Part shown: positions 59,807 to 64,000 of the stretch, piece by piece | Layout of the letters: the number at the start of each line of letters is the position of its first letter | How positions within the stretch are numbered: position 1 is the stretch's first letter | Assembly (NCBI GenBank): GCA_034670305.1 | Contig: JAXMNT010000003.1 | Coordinates: 1 to 64,000, forward strand | From: Deltaproteobacteria bacterium | Lineage (GTDB): Bacteria > Myxococcota_A > Polyangia > Polyangiales > Houyiibacteriaceae | Direction of reading: 5' to 3' | Length of the DNA: 64,000 bases | The notes under the pieces: generated by a model | The model's input: the letters and a program-made list of their open reading frames with translations, nothing else | Told to the model about the DNA's origin: nothing | Databases searched by the model: none | Position numbers and translations under genes: made by a program

Positions 59807-60043
59807 AGCATCGGCATCGGCATCGGCATCGGCTTCGGCATCGGCTTCGGCTTCGGCTCCGGCTCCGGCTCCGGCTCCGGCTTCGGCTTCGGCTCCGGCT
59901 CCGGCTCCGGCTTCGGCTTCGGCTTCGGCTCCGGCTTCGGCATCGGCATCGGCTCCGGCTTCGGCATCGGCTTCGGCTTCTGCTTCGGCTTCTGCTTCGG
60001 CTTCGGCGTCGGCGTCGGCGTCGGCGTCGGCGATGGCGTCGGC
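59807..60043. repeat. Hexamer tract D, GGCATC/GGCTTC/GGCTCC/GGCGTC
   Basis: About 39 degenerate units (reverse complement GANGCC/GGAGCC) between comM and the Eis-like gene. Confidence 0.95.
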
Positions 60044-60052
60044 CTCAACCCG

Positions 60053-61570
60053 TCACGCCCGCCTGCGCTGCTGCACATCCGCCGCCTTTCGCGCCGCGTG
60101 ATCCATGTGCCGGTACTGCACCGCTTCGGCGATGTGGTGCTTCTGGATCCGATGCCCGCCCTCGAGCGCCGCGATCGTCAACGCCACCCGCAACGACTTC
60201 ACGTACGCTCGCGCACTGAGCCGGAGCGCATCGACCGCGCGGTCGAGCAAGTCGAGGGCACCCGGGGTGGCCCGATCCGAGAGCGCGTCCAAGTCCTTCG
60301 CGGGCTCCCGCACCACCCGCGCCGAGCGCACGCGTTCGCGCACCTCTTCCGACGATTCGGCGCGGGGCGCGTGCCGCAGTTCGCGCGTCGGCACCCGGGG
60401 AACGGTCACCTGCAAATCGAAGCGGTCGAGCAAGGGCCCACTGATGCGGCTCAAGTAGCGGGCGCGGCGATCCGGCAGACATGTACAGAGCCGCTCCGGG
60501 TCGCCGGCGAAGCCGCACGGACAGGGGTTCATCGCGCCGATGATCAACGGCGCCGCCGGCATCACCACGCGGTGCCGCGCCCGCGCGATCGCGACGCGTC
60601 CGCTCTCCATCGTGGTGCGCAGTGTCTCGATCACGTCGCGCCGGAACTCCGGCAGCTCGTCGAGAAAGAGCACGCCGCCGTGGGCGAGGGTCACCTCGCC
60701 CGGCCGCACCGGGTCGCCACCGCCCACCATAGCCGCCGCACTCGCGGTGTGGTGCGGCGCGCGAAACGGGCGCCGCACGTCTTCGACACTTCCCGGTGGC
60801 CCGAGCCCTGCCGCGCTCGCGATGGTCGCGATCTCGATCGCTTCGTCTTGCGCCGCCATCGGCAACAACGTCGGCAGCCGCCGGGCGAGCATCGTCTTGC
60901 CGGCGCCTGGCGGGCCCACGAAGAGCACGTGGTGGTTGCCGGCCGCCGCGATCTCCAACACCCGCCGAACCGTCGGCTGCCCGCGCACATCGGCGAGATC
61001 CACGGAGGCGCCGGCCCGGGGCTGGGTGCTTCGTTTCGCGGGGGCCAGCTCCATCACACCCGAGATGTGCTCCACCACGTCGCGCAGCGTCTGCGCGATT
61101 CGGACGTCCAGCCCTTCGAGCAAGGCGGCCTCGCGCGCATTCCCGTAGGGAACGATGGCGGTCGTCAGCCCCCGGTCCATCGCCGAACGAAGCTGTGGGA
61201 GCACACCGCGAATCGGTCGGAGAAACCCTCCGAGCGAGAGCTCGCCGAGCAGCAACGTCGACCCGAGCGCCGCGCCATCGACCTGGCCGCACGCGACCAA
61301 CACCGCCATCGCGATCGCGAGGTCGAACCCGCACCCGGTCTTGCGCAGGTCCCCGGGCGCAAGGTTGAGCACGATGCGATGCGGCGGGATCTCGAACCCC
61401 TGCGCGACCAGCGCGGACCGGACCCGAACGCGACTCTCGCGCACCGCGCGTTCGGGGAGTCCGACGATGTCGAACGGCGGCGTGGGTGGACTCTTCGTCA
61501 CCCGCGCCTCCACCCACACGGGCCGAGCGTCGATGCCAACCAGAGAACCGCAGTGCACGAGAAAGGTCAT
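60053..61570 (-). CDS. comM: YifB/ComM Mg-chelatase-like AAA+ ATPase
   Basis: [74 protein letters not shown]. Confidence 0.93.
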   Translation of the reverse strand: MTFLVHCGSLVGIDARPVWVEARVTKSPPTPPFDIVGLPERAVRESRVRVRSALVAQGFEIPPHRIVLNLAPGDLRKTGCGFDLAIAMAVLVACGQVDGAALGSTLLLGELSLGGFLRPIRGVLPQLRSAMDRGLTTAIVPYGNAREAALLEGLDVRIAQTLRDVVEHISGVMELAPAKRSTQPRAGASVDLADVRGQPTVRRVLEIAAAGNHHVLFVGPPGAGKTMLARRLPTLLPMAAQDEAIEIATIASAAGLGPPGSVEDVRRPFRAPHHTASAAAMVGGGDPVRPGEVTLAHGGVLFLDELPEFRRDVIETLRTTMESGRVAIARARHRVVMPAAPLIIGAMNPCPCGFAGDPERLCTCLPDRRARYLSRISGPLLDRFDLQVTVPRVPTRELRHAPRAESSEEVRERVRSARVVREPAKDLDALSDRATPGALDLLDRAVDALRLSARAYVKSLRVALTIAALEGGHRIQKHHIAEAVQYRHMDHAARKAADVQQRRRA

Positions 61571-61582
61571 GCACGGATGCAG

Positions 61583-61628
61583 TTCACGACCCGTGCCGCG
61601 GTTGGAGGTCTGTGGTTTCAGGGACTTG
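61583..61628 (-). promoter_or_regulatory. Possible sigma54 -24/-12 promoter with an upstream IHF-like site
   Basis: Minus strand CGGCACG-GGTC-GTGAA (GG-N10-GA, non-canonical -12); TTTCAGGGACTTG at 61616-61628 resembles WATCARNNNNTTR. Confidence 0.4.
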
Positions 61629-61687
61629 CGGTGCTGCGGTTGGCGGATCGGCGGATGAACGGTGTCGATCCGCCAGGCGCCGGGTCG

Positions 61688-62917
61688 CTACTCGGAGCTG
61701 ACGTCCACGATCGCGTTCAGCACCCGCTCCGCGAACGGCCCGTAGTCGTCCGCGCAGATGCTGCCGACCGCCGTCCTCGCGTTGCCGCGGGAGACGGCCT
61801 CGAGCTCCTGCGCCACTTCGACGTACCGCGGGCCGGCGCCGGCGGCGACGGACATTCCGGTGCAGACGTTGACGGGGCGTTCGTCGAACGCCGCCACCAT
61901 TCGGTCGTCGTCCAGGATGTCCCTGGGCGTGTCGCCGTCCAGGTCTGCGGGCATTCCGATCAGTGGCGCGAACACGACGCGGCGGCCGAGGTCCGCGAGC
62001 GCATCGGCGTACCGCCCGATGGGACGCAGCGCCGTCGAGTGGGTGATGCAGCGGGAGTTGAGGTCGCCGGGGTACTCGGTGGTGTCCGGGTTGAAGAGCT
62101 CGAGATCCGCCGTGGAACAGTCTTCTTCATCGGTCACGATGACCACCACGAGCACGGCTCCGTCCCGGAGAAACTCAGCGTTGGGTCCATCGGCTTGTCC
62201 AACGGTGGACATCTCGAGCGTTGGCCCGTGGAACTGGAGCGGCGAGGTCGAGGGGGTGATCGCCTTCAACATGCCTTCGAGTTGCTGTTCGAACCCACAC
62301 CCCATGAGCCCGAGTTGCGCTTTGCACCCGAAGTCGGTGCGGAACTGGGACAACATCGAGCTCTGGTAGTCGAGCCAGCGTGGCAGGATCTCGCCGCCGC
62401 ATTCGCTGGCGAACGTCATCTGCTGCAGCACGGCGTTGTCGCCCATCGCATCGCACCCGCCTGGCACCGTCCATGGACCGATGCCCATGTCGGTCGAGAT
62501 CACCCCCACGCGAATGTCTTCGGCTGGGGGGAAGGTCATGGGACTCTCGGGTGTCACGCGGCCCGTGGCGAGCGAGAGCATCAAGTCGGGAAACGCCTCG
62601 GCGAGGCGTGCCTGAGGCACCGCCATGCTGTTGGAGTTGTCGACGACGAAGAGCATGTCGATCGGTGGCACTTCGACACCACCGTCGGGCACGAACACGT
62701 CGGTTGGCGCATCGACGCTCGGCGCGTCGGTGGGCGCGTCGTCGGTGGGCGCGTCGATCGGCCCCGCATCGGGGATCGGCGTGTCGCGGCAGAGTCCGTC
62801 GGGGTGGCACATCAGCCCATCGGGACAGCGACCGTCGGGACACGAGAAGACGCCGCTCTGCACATCCGGACAGCCGACGACGAAGCACAGACCGAACAAC
62901 AAGTGGAAGATCTTCAT
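61688..62917 (-). CDS. Lipoprotein with VWA-like domain
   Basis: Lipobox VVGC; IDMLFVVDNSNSM, RVGVISTD, GCGFEQQLE, FLR..A.L.V..VTDEEDCS, SIC..DY. Confidence 0.8.
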   Translation of the reverse strand: MKIFHLLFGLCFVVGCPDVQSGVFSCPDGRCPDGLMCHPDGLCRDTPIPDAGPIDAPTDDAPTDAPSVDAPTDVFVPDGGVEVPPIDMLFVVDNSNSMAVPQARLAEAFPDLMLSLATGRVTPESPMTFPPAEDIRVGVISTDMGIGPWTVPGGCDAMGDNAVLQQMTFASECGGEILPRWLDYQSSMLSQFRTDFGCKAQLGLMGCGFEQQLEGMLKAITPSTSPLQFHGPTLEMSTVGQADGPNAEFLRDGAVLVVVIVTDEEDCSTADLELFNPDTTEYPGDLNSRCITHSTALRPIGRYADALADLGRRVVFAPLIGMPADLDGDTPRDILDDDRMVAAFDERPVNVCTGMSVAAGAGPRYVEVAQELEAVSRGNARTAVGSICADDYGPFAERVLNAIVDVSSE

Positions 62918-63657
62918 CAGAACGAGCCTCGCACACGCACGCCGGTCGGACCCACCGCAACCTCAGTGCTCGACCCCGTCTTCATCCACCACACCATGCC
63001 AACCGCCGCCAGCGCCACACCGACTCCGGCAAGTGCGATGCCGATGCCGCGCCGACGTACGGCGGCGTCGTGGTCGCCTTCCACATCGGACCAGGGGGTG
63101 CCTTGCGGCGCATCCGTGACCGTGTTGGCCGAGGACGCCGCGAGTCCGAGCGAGACCGCGCCGCCAATCGCCAACGCAGCACCGCCCGCGACCAGCGCGA
63201 TGGGTCCCGCGCGCGAGGGGGCTTCGACGGGATCGGGCGCCTGCTCCGTTGGGATGTCTTGGGGAGTTTCCACGACGTCCGTCTGCCCATCGGGTGCGGG
63301 ATCCGGTTCGCGGCGGAGCACCGCGAGCCGCGCTTCGACCGTCTCGCGCCGATCCCCCTCCGGGTTCAGTTCGAGGTATTGCTCGAACGCCTCGATGGCG
63401 CGGTCGCGTGTGCCCATCAACTGGGCGGTGTGGCCGATGTTGTAGAGAAGCCCAGGTCGCCGGCTCAACTCGTAGGCCCGCTCGAAGTGCCCCATGGCCT
63501 CCTCGTATCGGCCGCCGTCAAACGCGGCGCGGCCGGCCAGAAAGAGGCCGCGGGCTTCGTCGTCGTGGCTGTCCGGAGTTGGCGGCTGCGCTTGAAGCGA
63601 ACCGGCCATCAAGACAATGGAGAGGAGTGATATGAACTTCGGCACAATCTGTCCCAT
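62917..63657 (-). CDS. Exported TPR protein with C-terminal hydrophobic segments
   Basis: Signal; AR.LF..G..AF..GRY.EA...FE.AY.....P.LLYNIG; stop overlaps the next start. Confidence 0.8.
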   Translation of the reverse strand: MGQIVPKFISLLSIVLMAGSLQAQPPTPDSHDDEARGLFLAGRAAFDGGRYEEAMGHFERAYELSRRPGLLYNIGHTAQLMGTRDRAIEAFEQYLELNPEGDRRETVEARLAVLRREPDPAPDGQTDVVETPQDIPTEQAPDPVEAPSRAGPIALVAGGAALAIGGAVSLGLAASSANTVTDAPQGTPWSDVEGDHDAAVRRRGIGIALAGVGVALAAVGMVWWMKTGSSTEVAVGPTGVRVRGSF

Positions 63658-63670
63658 ACTTGCACACAGG

Positions 63671-63686
63671 TGCACAGACAATGCCA
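63671..63686 (-). promoter_or_regulatory. Possible sigma54 promoter for the TPR/VWA pair
   Basis: Minus strand TGGCATTGTCTGTGCA has GG-N10-GC spacing. Confidence 0.45.
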
Positions 63687-63738
63687 AACTGGCACTCCTC
63701 GCAGCCTGCACGGCAAGTCGCAGTGCGACCTCAGACGG

Positions 63739-64000
63739 TCAGCGGGTGTTGACGAGCGCGCAGCTGCCAGCGGGACAGAAGTCCACGACCTGTCCGTCGG
63801 GCCGACAGAAGGCGTCCAGCTGGTCGAGCATCGGATCGAGGTAGCGCAAATCGTTGTGGGCGTCGTTGTCCTCGTCCGCGATCGCGGTGCCGTACGGAAT
63901 CGGGTCAACGGTGTCGAGGGCGTAGATGATGTAACCGCTGTCGGCTGGACCGGCCGTCGACTGGAGGATGCCCTCGGCCACGCCCCACGGCTCGTACACG
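63739..64000 (-). CDS. Partial (3' end) hypothetical protein
   Basis: Open to the window edge, GC3-biased; C-terminal H...R......Q...F...DG.V.DFC..C suggests a hydrolase-like tail (weak). Confidence 0.55.
   Translation of the reverse strand, partial: VYEPWGVAEGILQSTAGPADSGYIIYALDTVDPIPYGTAIADEDNDAHNDLRYLDPMLDQLDAFCRPDGQVVDFCPAGSCALVNTR

Noticed and set aside
59776-60078. Pro-Lys/Pro-Glu TonB-like N-terminal extension on the Eis-like ORF
   Set aside because: It is tract D read in frame. The family-like sequence starts at MKLTY (59775), which has a -10-like hexamer just upstream.
60053-61570. Mobile element inserted in comM (a known hotspot)
   Set aside because: The ORF is continuous and no integrase or att-like repeats are visible
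1-64000. tRNA, rRNA, transposase, integrase or prophage genes
   Set aside because: None recognised by eye; a tRNAscan/Infernal/HMM run would be needed to exclude them formally

Overview
A GC-rich chromosomal segment. MYXO-CTERM, Cys/Asp-rich surface repeats, DAG-linker lipoproteins and a Ser/Thr kinase-PEGA protein point to a myxobacterium, probably Polyangiales/Sandaracinus-like (inferred). About 50 genes are supportable. Housekeeping genes: a HelD-like ATPase, an RluA-methyltransferase fusion, yggX, purB/purC/purS, a parvulin, a stand-alone rpsD, ahpC/ahpD, tonB, tdk, polA and comM. A menaquinone operon includes a polyprenyl synthase and HMG-CoA reductase but lacks menB. A partial aryl-polyene-like type II PKS/FAS cluster carries two flavin-dependent halogenases, and there are many exported lipoproteins. 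No rRNA, tRNA, CRISPR array, transposase or integrase was seen. Four signals stand out. (1) A 2969-aa ORF has an internal MYXO-CTERM signal followed by a second lipoprotein-like signal, giving two length-matched repeat stalks with different tips, possibly a dual-sorted adhesin polyprotein. (2) A dispersed family of degenerate GCCGAN hexamer tracts occurs between genes, one directly behind a four-helix-bundle gene. (3) The dual-halogenase lipid/pigment cluster. (4) Repeated -10 hexamers 6-7 nt upstream of start codons suggest widespread leaderless mRNAs. All product calls rest on motif recognition only; no database searches were run.
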